A program made the translations under genes and the position numbers. A DNA stretch of 64,000 nt from the human T2T-CHM13v2.0 reference genome, Homo sapiens, in assembly GCF_009914755.1 (NCBI RefSeq), contig NC_060931.1. The stretch is one strand, 5' to 3'. How positions within the stretch are numbered: the first letter of the stretch is position 1; the number at the start of each line of letters is the position of its first letter. The notes beneath the pieces are model-generated. The model saw only the letters and a list, made by a program, of their open reading frames with translations. It ran no database searches and had not been told where the DNA came from. This document shows positions 28,350 to 41,219 of this stretch, one piece after another.

Positions 28350-29680
28350 CATTCTCTCCTTAATTCACTCCAGCAATATTTATTGATTATCAACTGTGAG
28401 CCTATACAGTGTCTGGTACATATGAGGCACTCAGCAAGTATCCTCAAAAGAAGAAGAGAATACACAAGTCTTAGGGATTTGTTTCTAGGAAGGAGGGATA
28501 CGGCGGTGGACATAAGTCAGTCCCCTGTCTTCTTAGAGCTCTAGTTTGGGAATGCAGACACTCAGTGAGTGAGTAAATAAATACAAAAACAAATTTCAGG
28601 CTATGATAACTGCTATAAGGAAAACAAAGCATGACATGTGTGTGAGAAAGAGTAATAGAGGAAGGGAGCTCTTTGTAGACAAGACGTGACAGGAGGCATG
28701 ATTCTACTGCAGCCTGGAGAATGAGGAGTGAACCATGCAGAGACCTGGAGGAAGAACCTCCAGGTAGACAGAACAGCAAATGCAAAGCCTCTGGGTGGGA
28801 AAGGCCACAGTTTCTGTGTGAAGAAAAGAAAGGGGGCCAATGTGGCTAGAGCAGAGTGGGAAGGAGGAAGGGAGCAAGGGGCTCTGGTCAGAAATTTGGA
28901 TTTTCTTCTAAGTGGAGTAGGAAGTCTTTGAAGTATCTTAGACAGGGAGTTATACAGTCTCTCTTTTGCAGAGATTAGCAAACTATGGCCCATGGGTAAA
29001 TCTGGCTAGTCATAGTTACACCCATTCATTTAAATATTCTCTAGGGCTGCTTTTGCTGTACAATGACAGAGCTAGCAGTTGCAACACAGAACAAATGGCC
29101 TGCAAAGCCTAAGTTATTTACTGTCTAATTTATTATTATCATTATTATTTTTTGAGACAGGGTCTTGCTCTGTCACCCAGGCTGGAGTGCAGTGACATGA
29201 ATAGTGATCACTGCAGCCTCAACCTCCTGGGCTCAAGTGGTCCTGCTAAGTAACCAGGACCACAAGTCCCAGCCATCACACCTGGCTAACTTTTTAATTT
29301 TTTTGTAGAGATGGGGGTCTCACACTGTTGCCCAGGCTGCTGTGAAACTCCTGGGCTCAAGCAATCTTCCTGCCTTGGCCTCCCAAAGTGCTGGAATTAA
29401 AGACATGAGCTACTGTGCCTGGCCTATCTGGTTTTTTAAAGAAAAGGACTGCCAACCCTGTTGTGTTGTGTGAAGTATGGCTTACAGGAGGGCAAGAGAA
29501 GCAGGCATACAGGTGGGAGGCTGGAGATACAGAATGTGATGTGTTCAACATATATTTTGGAAACAGACTTCTAGAATTGACCAATGGACTTGTTGGGGAG
29601 GGGTGGGGAGCTTAAAAGATGACTCCTGGGTGTTTTGCCGTGAGCCAAAGTGGTGCCATTTACTGAGACTGGGCACTACT
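28350..29680 (-). mobile_element. L2 fragments with a nested MER58-like element (~28970-29460) and an antisense AluJ (~29131-29424)
   Basis: L2-type antisense text, MER58 ends and Alu consensus. Boundaries approximate. Confidence 0.65.
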
Positions 29681-30139
29681 ATAGACTGAATATTTAAGTC
29701 CTTCCAAATTCATATATTAAATACTAACCCCCACTGTGATGGTATTAGGAGGTAGGGCCTTTGGGAAATGATTAGGTCATGAGCCCTCATGAATGATATT
29801 AGTCCCCTCATAAAAGGGACCTCAGAGGAATCCCTTGCCCCTTGAAAGCTAGGATACAGGATGCTGTTTAAGACCTGGAGAGCAAAAATGAGGGTGGTAC
29901 CGGGAAGGAGTAAGACAGGTAGTAAAAACTCGGGGGTGGGGGGATAAGAAAGAGAAACAGGATGGCACACGATACTAAGCTGGTGCTACCAAACAGCTAA
30001 GGCTTCACTGCTCTTGTGGTGTTTCACTGAGGAAACAGGAGGGCTGGGAGGGGATGTGCCCCACAATATGGTGTAGGCATCATAAGCCTAATTTATGCAT
30101 AGCCTATTCACTTCTCAGACAAACGTAAGCCTAGTGATG

Positions 30140-30790
30140 GTTTCTTCTAACAGCTTTGTGGAGGTGTAACTTACATATTGTAAATTCACTTGCTTCAAGT
30201 ATAAAATGTAATGATTTTTAGTAAATTTACCATTCTGTGCGGTTATCAACACAATCCAGTTTTAGAACATTTCCATCACTCCAGTAAGATGCCGCATGCC
30301 AACTTGCAGTTAATCCTTGTTCCCATTCCCAGTCTCAGACAATCACTATTGTCCATTGTCTTTAGAAGTTTGCATTTTCTGAACATTTTAAGGAAATGGA
30401 ATCATGCAATATGTGGGTTTTTGTGTGTGATGGCTTCTTTAGTTCAGCATAATGTTTTTGACGGTCCTCCACATTTTGGCATGTGTTAGTGCTTTTCAAA
30501 AAATTGCCGACGAGTAGTATTCCATTTACTTGTATAGATATGCCATTTAGTTGTGTGGCTATGCCACATTTTGTTTATCCATTCATCTGTTGATGGACAT
30601 TTTTTGGGGGGGGCAATTATGATCAATGCTTCTCTGAACATTACTGTACAAGTCTACGTGTGGACATGTGTTTTCATTTTTCTTGGGCATATACCTAGGG
30701 GTGGAATTGCTTGCTAGGTCATATGGTAAACTTTCATTTAACATTTTAAGAAATCACCAAACTGTTATATTCCTACCAGCAATGTATGAG
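30140..30790 (-). mobile_element. L1M 3' fragment
   Basis: tttatccattcatctgttgatggacat and atacctaggggtggaattgct motifs. Confidence 0.8.
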
Positions 30791-31685
30791 GGGCCTATTT
30801 ACTCTAGATATGTTTCCTATGAGAGGAATATGAGAGAATTTGAGATCAAACATGGGCTGTGGGAAGAAACGTATTCAAAATACTGTTCATTAAATAATTT
30901 CACACAATAGGGTGGGAACAAGTTGTTTCTTTACACTAGTTTCAATCTTGGCTGCATATTAGAATCATCTGGGGAGCTTTAACAAGTTGTGATGTCCAAG
31001 CCATGTCTCAGACAATTACAATAAAGATGCTGTGAGGGTGGGTGGGCAGGTATTAGGGTTTTGAAACTCCCCAGGTGATTTCAGTGTGCAGGCTGAGACG
31101 CTCTTGTGTGAAAAAAAAGTTTGTCAAGTCATTCACCGAGATAATGAGCTAAATAGTTACAGCTGAAGACAGACAGTGTCCATAGGACACGCTGAGTGAG
31201 ACTGGAAAATTTTTATGGCTATAGAAGGAACAAAGGATGTACTGTCTGGCAAACAGTAGCTTTTGTGATTATCTTCATATACTTTTTCCAGTATTATTTC
31301 AGCCATGAAGTGGAGAGAGGATGATAACTGAAGGGGGTAAGTAGGGTGGGAATCAAAGGTTTCAATGGTCCATTTGTTTTATATGGGAGAGACTTGAACG
31401 GCGTGAATGTCAACAGACACTCCAGTTAAACAGGAGAAGAAATAACTGATGGGTAAGAACCCACCAAAGAGGAGAGAGATGCCAGCTCAGGTAGAGGGAC
31501 TGGCCCTCGTTAGGAGGAAGGATGGCTCCTCTGTCTTAACAGGAGGTAGAGGTAGAGAATGAGAAAATATTGAGGCAAACATTTTGGTTTGCTAGCAGGA
31601 AGATGAGGAAATTCCCATCTATGCTTCCCACCCCCCTTTTCAGTGAATTATGATGTAAGGTCATTTTGTAGAAAGTGATTTGTGA

Positions 31686-32159
<474 letters not shown>

Positions 32160-33473
32160 TCAGCCCCTAGGGGCGGGCAGGAGAAAGCAGACAGTAGACT
32201 TGCTCCTGAGTCCCACAATTTCTCTATGGGTGTTTAGAAAAGACAGAAGGCCAAAGGAGTTTAATGTAAAGCAGGAGTGTTTCACACATGGACTATAACA
32301 TCTGTGCTGGAGGAGGGATGGAGAAAAGGGGTAAGGTGAAGGGTCGATGGAAATCGGAGGGGCAGTGGAGAGGCTGTGGGCAGAGTGAGATGTGTAGACT
32401 ACATGATCGTGGAGGGAGAGATGTCAAGGAACTGTACCTAGGACTGATGGGTTGCCCATATGAGTAATGGCAGAACTTGTCCCCATTTCCTCACCTACTC
32501 ACTCTTCATCTCATTCCAATCTGAACTACACTCCAGGTGGTTACTTTTACTAAGGTCTTAGATGACCTTTATGTCTTCAAATCCAAGAAATAGTTTTCAG
32601 TCCTCATTTTGCTTGATTTTTCAGTATAATGTGACATTATCAACCATTCTCTGGTCTTGAAATGGTCTCTTTCACTGGCTTCCAGGACAACACATTCTCT
32701 TTATTTCTTCCTGACTTCGGGCTCCTGTTTACTGGTCTCCTTTAGAGGTCTGTCTTTCTCTTCCTGTCTATTATATTTGGAAGTTTCTGAGTAAGTTGTA
32801 GTCCTCAGCCTTCTTGCCTATACTCTTTCCCTAGGCAATCTCATCCATGCCTCATTGTTTAAATTGCTACTTGTCATCTCAGAAGTTTCTTTGGAGCTGT
32901 AAGCTCAAATATCCAATTCCTATTAGTTATTTCCACTTGAATGTCTCAGGTTTTCATACTCCTCATTTATTATTCTGAAATTATAATATGCCCCCAAATC
33001 TAGTTCTTTTCCGAAGAATGCCTTCCTGACCACCTTGACCAGGCTGGGCTCTGCCATCATTTGCTCTCATGGAATGCTGTGCCTTCCCTTTATAGCTCTT
33101 ACCTCAGTTTGGAATTACACATTCACTTAGGTGAGTATTTGACAATGTCTGTCTGCTCACACCAGCCTCCAGCCTACATAAGAACAGGAACTACATCTGG
33201 TTTTGCTCATCGTGTATCTTCCCAAATTAGCAAAATACTTGGGTCTAGAAGGTGCTCAGATTTGTGTGTGTGTGTGTGTGGGTTTGTTATTAAGAACCAT
33301 AAGATCTAAGCAGAAAGATACCTTTGAAAACATCTGCTATCTGTCATTTTCAAGTCGAAAAAGCAGAGGCTTGGAGACGTGGGAGATTAGGGGGTTCATT
33401 TATATACTGTCACACAGCTAGTTGATGGCAGAGCTGGAATCTGAATCTGTTCCCACCCTCCAGGGAGGCTGGT

Positions 33474-33986
33474 TGACACTAAGGGGTCATTTTCCTGCCT
33501 GGTGCCGTTTCGGCCAATAGAACCAAACCAAGCTTGGTAAAGCAGAGCAGAAACTTTGTTAATAAAGAAATGGAGAAGGGAAGCTCATACTCAAAGCACC
33601 TTCTTGCAACGGGGGAGGGGGAGGTGGTGGTGGGGGAAGGAGGGGGGCGGGTAAAGGGGGATGTTAAGAGCTCTTAGGGCAGGTAGGTGGAGACTGGGGC
33701 GGGATTCCTGAAAAAAGGTGGGTTCTTCCAGGAGGCGCTACAGTGTGCACAGTCTTGTCTTTTGTACTTGGCACTTTTTGTGCCTAGCAAGGTACATTTC
33801 TGGCCCCTGGGCAGAGGTCTTAGCATGGTAATGAAGCAAGAATTCAGGTCGGGGCAGTACTGCTGAGCTACTTCATGGTTACTGGCATCCGGCCTTCCTC
33901 TCTGTAAGCAAGCGCAGATGCGAGCACAGGTTAATTTCACAGGTTTGGGGGCTTCCTGAAGTAATTGGGGTTATGTTGCTATGACA
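33474..33986 (-). mobile_element. Possible ERV solo LTR (family unassigned) containing a G-rich tract at 33610-33660
   Basis: About 510-bp GC-richer block ending ...gttgctatgaca, apparently inserted in a MIR-like context. No family confidently recognised. Confidence 0.4.
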
Positions 33987-34555
33987 AATCCCCATCTCTT
34001 TCCGGTCCAGTGAATTTTCCACCTCCACCTAGGAACTATTTATTTATTTAGTATAAATATTCAAGTAGTATTCTCTCCCTCTCTTGCTTTTTTTTTTTTT
34101 TTTTAGTGAAAAGAGCTGTGCTTAAACTGTGCTTTTTTGGGGGGTGCTATACCATCACAAAACATCAAACCATTGGCAGATAAAATAGCATACTCTGGAG
34201 AAGAGGGAGATGCCATTTTAATGACGTGCCTCTCCTCATCCCTACCGACTTGCAGCCGTGATAGGGATGCTTAGTAGGACCCAGGAGGCACACTCCTCCT
34301 TCCTCTCCCAATACCGAACCTCCCGGGCCACAATCATTAAGAGGAAGAAGCTTAACAAGGCTCACAGGGACACATGCTTGCTCCCTGGATGCTGTGGACT
34401 CGTCAGAGAAAGCTGCAAATCCCATTTTCCCCTGTTGCAGCAGGCAATCATTTTTTGCATGATCAGATCACAAGCTGATTATCAAAACTGGTTTGCACTG
34501 TGTCCAGAGGCCACTTTTTCCTGCAAGCAGGTTTCTCTCACACTGCATAGAGCAG

Positions 34556-34574
34556 GGGAGCCCTCTGGTGGTAA
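34556..34574 (-). promoter_or_regulatory. Candidate CTCF binding site
   Basis: Minus strand TTACCACCAGAGGGCTCCC closely matches the CTCF core CCACCAGRGGGCGC. Confidence 0.55.
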
Positions 34575-34670
34575 TCTGTAGGAAAATTTCCTGAGCGGGA
34601 GGGATTTGCTTAATTTGGGTAAGAATTCTTCATATTCTTTTCCCTTGCCTCCATAAGCCTTTTCCAAAAT

Positions 34671-34963
34671 TGCGGGGCGCGGTGGCTCATACCTCTAATC
34701 CCAGCACTTTGGGAGGCCAAGGTGGGTAGGTCACTTGAGGTCAAGAGTTTGAGACCAGCCTGGCCAACATGGCAAAACCCCTGTCTCTACTAAAAATACA
34801 AAAATTAGCCGGGCATGGTGGCACACACCTGTAATCCCAGTTACTTGGGAGGCTGAGACACGAGAATTGCTTGAACCAACCCAGGAGGCAGAGGCTGCAG
34901 TGAGTGCCTCTGCTCTCCAGCCTGGGTGAGAGAATGAGACTCTGTCTCAAAACAAAACAAAAT
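34671..34963 (+). mobile_element. AluS with a small right-arm deletion
   Basis: Alu consensus. Confidence 0.92.
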
Positions 34964-35764
34964 CAGCCATTAGAGGTAAACCAGGCCTGTTGTAAGCCAT
35001 CTGAACAAGAAAGTTCATACCATCAATGGACCAATGCTTTTTGGGGTCAAGATTGCATTTCTCCAGACCCTTTTTGCTAAAGAGCCCCAGGACTGATGAT
35101 GAGGACAAAGCTATGGACTGTGAATTTGGCGGACGTTGTAGAGGGGAGGAGAGGCCCTGAAGTGCTGTTCTGAAGTGAGTGACAGACATGCCCTCCAGGT
35201 GGAAACACCAAGCTCTACATAGCACTTTAAGGTTCACTTATATAACATGTGATGCAAATCACCATGGAGGAGGGCAGCTCTGAGCCAGCAGGAGGTCTTG
35301 TCAGTGTGATGCTGGGACTAGGGGGCTGGAGAATAAGGGGCAGGTGGTGGAACATGGGAACACGCCAGGGCTTGGCTGTTTGCCAGAGGGTTTGAGAAGA
35401 TTAGAAGCATGGGGGTGGAGAGAAGGGAGAGGGTGACATACATTCGATACCTGTAGTGTCCCTCTTCAGACAGGAGAGTTAAGAAATCTAAGTCGCCTGT
35501 GATTCGGGAGGGCAGAGTCCAGGCAAGCAGAAGAGAAGCGCCGGGCCCAGGCAGACACCAGGAGCCAGGCTTTGGGAAAGGAGGCACCACCTGATTTCTT
35601 GAACTTTTCTCAAAAGGCTGGGAATATCTAGTCCTGTTTTTCATTCAAATGTTTTTGATATGTCCTATTAGATCTGTTTTATATTTTGTTTTAATTTTCT
35701 CTGCATAGAACAGCCTTTTGAAAGTAAAAAATAAAATTTTTCACCATTTTAAAACATTAGGCAA

Positions 35765-35813
35765 TATATGTTTGAAAAAGTTAAAAGTCACAAAGAGATC
35801 AAGACTGTTTAAT
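35765..35813 (-). terminator. NRCAM: Probable distal NRCAM polyadenylation site
   Basis: ATTAAA at 35808-35813. Downstream on the transcript is U/GU-rich CTCTTTGTGACTTTTAACTTTTT. Confidence 0.6.
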
Positions 35814-38053
35814 AGTTACTTTTTTGAGGGAAATCCAGTCACATTTGCCTGTACCATTACATACACCATTACTTGGACATTCACACTCAATTGGGAACAT
35901 AAATTACAAAAGAGAGAGGAACTTTTAAAACCACATTTAATTTTTAATACCAAATCTGTTGCACTATTACAGAAGTGACCCTTTCATGCACAGATAAATT
36001 TCGCATCTACCAGTATGGAAGAGGAAAAAATGTAGTTTTATTGTTCTCCCAAAATATTGGCAAATTTAAAGTAACTTTTAATCTTTGTGCTCTCTGATGC
36101 CAAGGCAAACCTGTTTTGTCTTTTTATATTTTCAAGAGACAGGTGGATCTGTGAAAAATGAATATAGAGACATGAAAGTATTTAGGGCCATCTTTACCTG
36201 GGATTACTTTAAATTATGCTTTACCTACATATATCAAACATGCCAGGTTACTAGGCCTACTGTGCCCCATAGGCAAAGCTCTGAAGATTTCATCGAAAAA
36301 TCTGCTGTCAATACGTAGAAAAGTTCACTATTTCAGTTTCACAGCAAAAAAGGTGGGGGGAGGGGGGAACCCAATAGATATTTAAGTAGATGCTTTCCAA
36401 TCCCATTCACTGCATTAATTAGCTTACCTCTTATACAGTACAACATAAACATTGCATGTTTATTTGTATGTAACACCTATAAGCATATAGCATCTACATT
36501 TTAAGTGTATTTACAAATTCAACAAAATATCTACATATAAAAAGCTTTACTTAAAATTAAACTTGATGCAAGTTATGAGAAACCAATTTATTGGCAAATG
36601 AAACTGAGCATTCCTTCAACCATAGGTTGTTATAGATTTTCATATTTGGAGGTAACCCATTTGATAGATATTGTTTATGAATACGATAGAATATATATTT
36701 ACTTTTTAAACTGCAGATGTAATCCCTTGGACCGTTGGCCTTTTAAGCACTTGCCTGATTTCTTAGATTCTGAAATGTATCCATAACAATTTGCATACAC
36801 GTTGTTTAATGCTGCAGAGTTTTGAACACTTACATAGGTAAAGTCTTGGAGAATAATATATTACTGTTGGCATGCTGTTGTATGCTTTTAGTGTTGGAAT
36901 AACTTAGTTTTAAAATTAATTTTCTAGCATGTTGACATCTTTCTTACTGCATGTAATAGAAACCATAAAGGACCACAAAATCATCATGTGCTTCAGTTGG
37001 CAACAAAGATTTTCTTTTTATGCTTATGAGGAAATGCTATTTCTAATAAACTGTCTTATTTTTATTTTCATGTTTCCTTCTTTTCCCAGCATTGCAGTTT
37101 TCATGAACTCTGCTTTTTAAAAGTTACTTTTAGACAATGACAGTAATCTAGGACCCAGAATGGACTGGACCAGCTGATACAGAATGCACGATGTTGTGGA
37201 ATGCTTAATATCTGAAGGCACTGTATGTGTCTTGCCCTGTGTTCTCTGAAATAATGTTTGAAATTTAATTTGGATGATTTGTTTTTGATTCTTTCAGTAT
37301 GGCACAAATGCCGAAATGCACTGCAATACACATTGTTTATGCCTAAAAACAACCGAACATAGAAATGATGTAAAAAGTAGAACACTGTGCTGCTGTAATG
37401 CCTGGAAGATTAAGAAGCCTACGGAGTAACAGGAGCCAAGAGTAGGTAATAGTTCTCAGTAAGCATCAGCAATGTGACTGTCATAATGAACTCATTTAGC
37501 AAGTATATACTGTACAAACTGTTCCTAACAGTCTCCCAAAAAGACTAACGACAGCTATACATAGTCACCAATTTCACAACAATGTCCACAAAGACATTGA
37601 AGTTCTAGAGAATACTACAGTAACACTCTTGACAATGAAAACGGAATTCATATATAGGGGTTCAGCTGAGGGTAGTATAAACAAAGTATCAAACCATGTT
37701 TTCATAACATACACGGGTATGTCCTTTAAATGTGGAGCATTTTTCATGCATCATATTGAACTGTATCCTGCAGAGGAAATAACAGGATCTGTTGGTGATG
37801 TTGCATTATTTTTTATCAGTTCTGAGGAAATCAAGAATACCCATTTTGAATGAAAAAGTATGCACTTTGCATTCCAGTTCATATTAACATATCATTTGAC
37901 TGAGTTATGTTTTTGCTGTAACTATTCTCATAATACTAACATACAGCAGAAAATATACTCTCTACCCATATGTTCATAGTATGAGAGGGCTGACAAACAA
38001 GTGCTTAGGATAAACATTCTAGAGAAATGGAATATTGGCAAAGAGCTTAAAAA
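35790..38053 (-). other. NRCAM: NRCAM 3' UTR (about 2.26 kb, AU-rich, no interspersed repeats recognised); distal end approximate
   Basis: Follows the stop codon. Poly(A) hexamers on minus strand: AATAAA at 37061-37066, 36587-36592, 36459-36464 and 36037-36042; ATTAAA at 35808-35813 followed by a U/GU-rich tract. Confidence 0.8.
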
Positions 38054-38291
38054 TTAAACAAAGGAATTCATGGCGTTGACAGGAGAAGGTGCCTCTGAGC
38101 TTTCGTTTCCTTCAGCCGGCTCTTTCTCTTTCTTACCACTGTATTGTCCAATAAAGGAGCCATCCTCATTGAACTGGCCATTAACCCCTTCTCCATAGTC
38201 AACTAGGCTGTCGTCACTATCTTCTTTTTTCACAGTCCTGTCTGAAGGAGTTCGACTTCCTTTTTTCAAAGGCTTGTGGTCTTCTGCATCA
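38054..38291 (-). CDS. NRCAM: NrCAM terminal coding exon: cytoplasmic tail with ankyrin-binding FIGQY and C-terminal PDZ-binding SFV
   Basis: Acceptor TTTCTTCCAG|T at 38292-38293. Translation (S)[78 protein letters not shown]; stop TAA at 38054-38056. Confidence 0.98.
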
Positions 38292-38838
38292 CTGGAAGAA
38301 AGAGAAAACATTTTTGTCAAGATTGGCATTTAGGTAACATTTTCTGTTTTTAAAGACCATGCATGCAAATTATGAGAAAGCATTTGGAGTCCTGGGCTTC
38401 TCTGGCCAAATCTAATTTTCAGGTTGACTCCAATGACGAGGATGAGTTGGAATGGAAATCAGGAGCAGAAATGGTTGAATCATGAAGTCTTCAGTAGAGT
38501 GGATGGCTCCCAATAGTGTTTGTTAATTTCAATGACAAATTCTGATTCCTGAGTTGAAAGCAATCCAGAAATAATCACAAGCATTAAATAAGAAAGAATT
38601 CAGAAAAGTAGAAAAATCATCACTATTTTGAATTCAAAAAGGCAAAAGCTTATGGCAAGTAAAGAAGTTAGTATGTTAAACTGCATAATATCTCTGATTC
38701 CTTGGTTGTGAATGGACCATGATTTTGGTTAAGTGTGAAATGTGGATTTTTTTTTTCTGAGCCAGAAGGAGAAGCAAAATCCTGCATTTCAAATAATTTT
38801 GTTATCAATGCAGGCCAGACTGTAAACTTCAACCTTAC

Positions 38839-38850
38839 CTTTCAAGAGAC
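38839..38850 (-). CDS. NRCAM: NrCAM 12-nt alternative microexon encoding RSLE (creates the YRSL tyrosine-based sorting motif)
   Basis: Minus strand reads aattttgtag|GTCTCTTGAAAG|gtaaggtt. Phase 2-2 fits between ...GAA TAC AG| and |T GAT GCA, giving EYRSLESDAED, the known L1-family RSLE insert. Confidence 0.93.
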
Positions 38851-40109
38851 CTACAAAATTCCATTAAAAGGATGCAGAAGAAACAAATGAAAACAGCCTA
38901 AGAAGAAAAGCAAAATCCTTATACTGATAGTACACAGTATTTTTTTGTTTTTTTGGTAAAAATTTTAGTTAATGAGTAAAGATTTATTAATCTGGAAAGA
39001 GACGCACTTTAACTTAAAAGCTCTACATTTGTACTATGAATGGCATGCCAATATATTCTAAAGAATGTGAATGACTCCAAACATGTAATAGCAAATGCTT
39101 CCTACACTCATGTTAACCCCCCAGCTCCCTTCTTCCTTGTGTGTTATGCAGCCTGACTATACTGGATGGGAATCTGAGGAGTGTACTTTAATACGACTTT
39201 ACAAGATTCCATTATTACAATTTTTGCTTATTTCTCTGTTGAACCCGTAAGCACAATTTCTGGAAGACAAAGAGTAATCATTATGTTTTTGAATGTTCAC
39301 CCATACGGTCAAATACCTAGTTATGCATATTGACCTATTTTTTAATAGGTAACATTTGGGAAAAAAATAGAAAAAGGCAATGACAGGATCTAACATTTTG
39401 TTTTCTTTCAAAGAACAAAAATGCAAGGCAAAATAGGAAACATATACATTTTTACTAATGTAAAAATGAAAAAGCCTTAACATACAAAAGGTATCACTGG
39501 CTGCAGTATTTAATCTAGCAATTTCTGCTAAGACTTTACTGCTCCCTCTGTTTCAGACAGTGACTTTTTTTTTCAAGCCAAGATACAAACATTTCAAGAT
39601 GCACAAGTATCCTGGCTCTTTTCACAATAACTTTTACTAGGGATTTCAATTTTTCTCCAAGAAGAAAATCTGAAGACTGGGAAATAATGCTAGCATAATA
39701 TGACACTGGCATATGCCACTGAAAACAACCTGTTTCAGTAATACACAATTTCTTATTGCAAACTGAATAAACTATATTTTCACCACTGCTAATAAACAAC
39801 TGGAGAGGTATCATCTTGGGGTGGTCTGTGTTTGTGAGCATTTCAGAGGACATAGCATTGAGTGTCTAACCTGTTATGAAAATAGCCTACACAACATCTC
39901 TGGGGTTTAATTATTAAATCCTTCTTGTGAAATATAGTTCATGTTTCAGTGTGACAGTTAATTCAGCTGAAGAGTTCAATAACAGGCAGAATTTGTCACC
40001 TGGATTCCAATGACTAGTCTTATTCTGCTCTGTAGAACTAGTGTCCCAAGGAATACACTGCTGGAAATTTGTCATCTGTGGCATTTCTTTGGTCTAGCCA
40101 TCTATCCAC

Positions 40110-41215
40110 CCATGCCTTCATCCAATAAATGTTTATTGAGTGACTACTCTAAGATAGATTGTTCTCGGCACTGGGAATATAGCAGCAAACAAAACAGACT
40201 AAAACCCTCACCTCACTGGCTTTATTTCTAGTGGAAGAAAATACAATTAACAATCAACATAATAAAAAAAATTACATATATATTATGTCAGAAGAGGATT
40301 AGCACTATGCAAAGTATAGAGCTGAGTAAAGACTGCAGAAGGTGTTGGAGAAGGGATGGAGAGCTGGCATTTAATAAGATGTCCAGGAAGACCTCATCAA
40401 GCAGTAATATCTGGTCAACAACTTTAAAAGAGTTGAGTTAGCAAGGTGAATAGTTGGAGGGAGAGCAGTTCCTGCAGGAGTAACAAGCAGTATAAATGTC
40501 TCGGGGTGAGGGGAAGCCTGGCAGGTTCTAGGAACACTAAGGAGCTTGGTGTGGCTGGGGGGAGGGAGAGAGAGAGAGAGAAAAGTAGGAGTTAAGTAAG
40601 GGGAGTGGCACGGCTAAATCAGGGCTTGTGGAACATTGTAAGGACGCTGCCTTTAACTCTGAGTGAGACAGGAAGCCCTGGGAGGGTTTTCAAAGAATAA
40701 GTGACATGCTCTGACTTATATTTTAAAAGCACTACTCTGCCATCAGTGTTGAGAATAGCCTACCTTAGAGGGCTGGGGTTGGTAAACTACAGTAAAATTA
40801 GGCCACGCCCATTTATCACATAATGTCTATGGCTGCTTTAGCGCTACAATAGCAGAATTGCAGAGTTGCAGCAGAGACCGCGCGGCCTGTAAAGTCTAAA
40901 ATATTTAGTTGGCCAACCTCTGCTCTATAGAGTCAGGGGAGAATATTACAATAATCCAGGAGTGAGATGACTGTGACTTGGACCAGAGTGGAACACTGGA
41001 GGTGGTATAAAATGCTCAGATTATGAACATATTTTGAAGGTAGAGCCAACAGGATTTTCTGATAGGTTAGATATGGAATAACAGAGAAAAAGATGGTGCC
41101 AGGATTTTTGGTTTGAGCAACAGGAAGCTTGGAAGTACTGTTACTATGGAGTGGAGCATGTTGGGAGGGGAAAATCAATGGTTCCATTTTGAGATATTAA
41201 AGTTTGAATATGTCA
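40110..41215 (-). mobile_element. L2 fragments with nested MER58-like element (~40770-40923)
   Basis: L2-type antisense text (aaatgtttattgag...; ggtttgagcaacagg). Confidence 0.7.
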
Positions 41216-41219
41216 TGAG

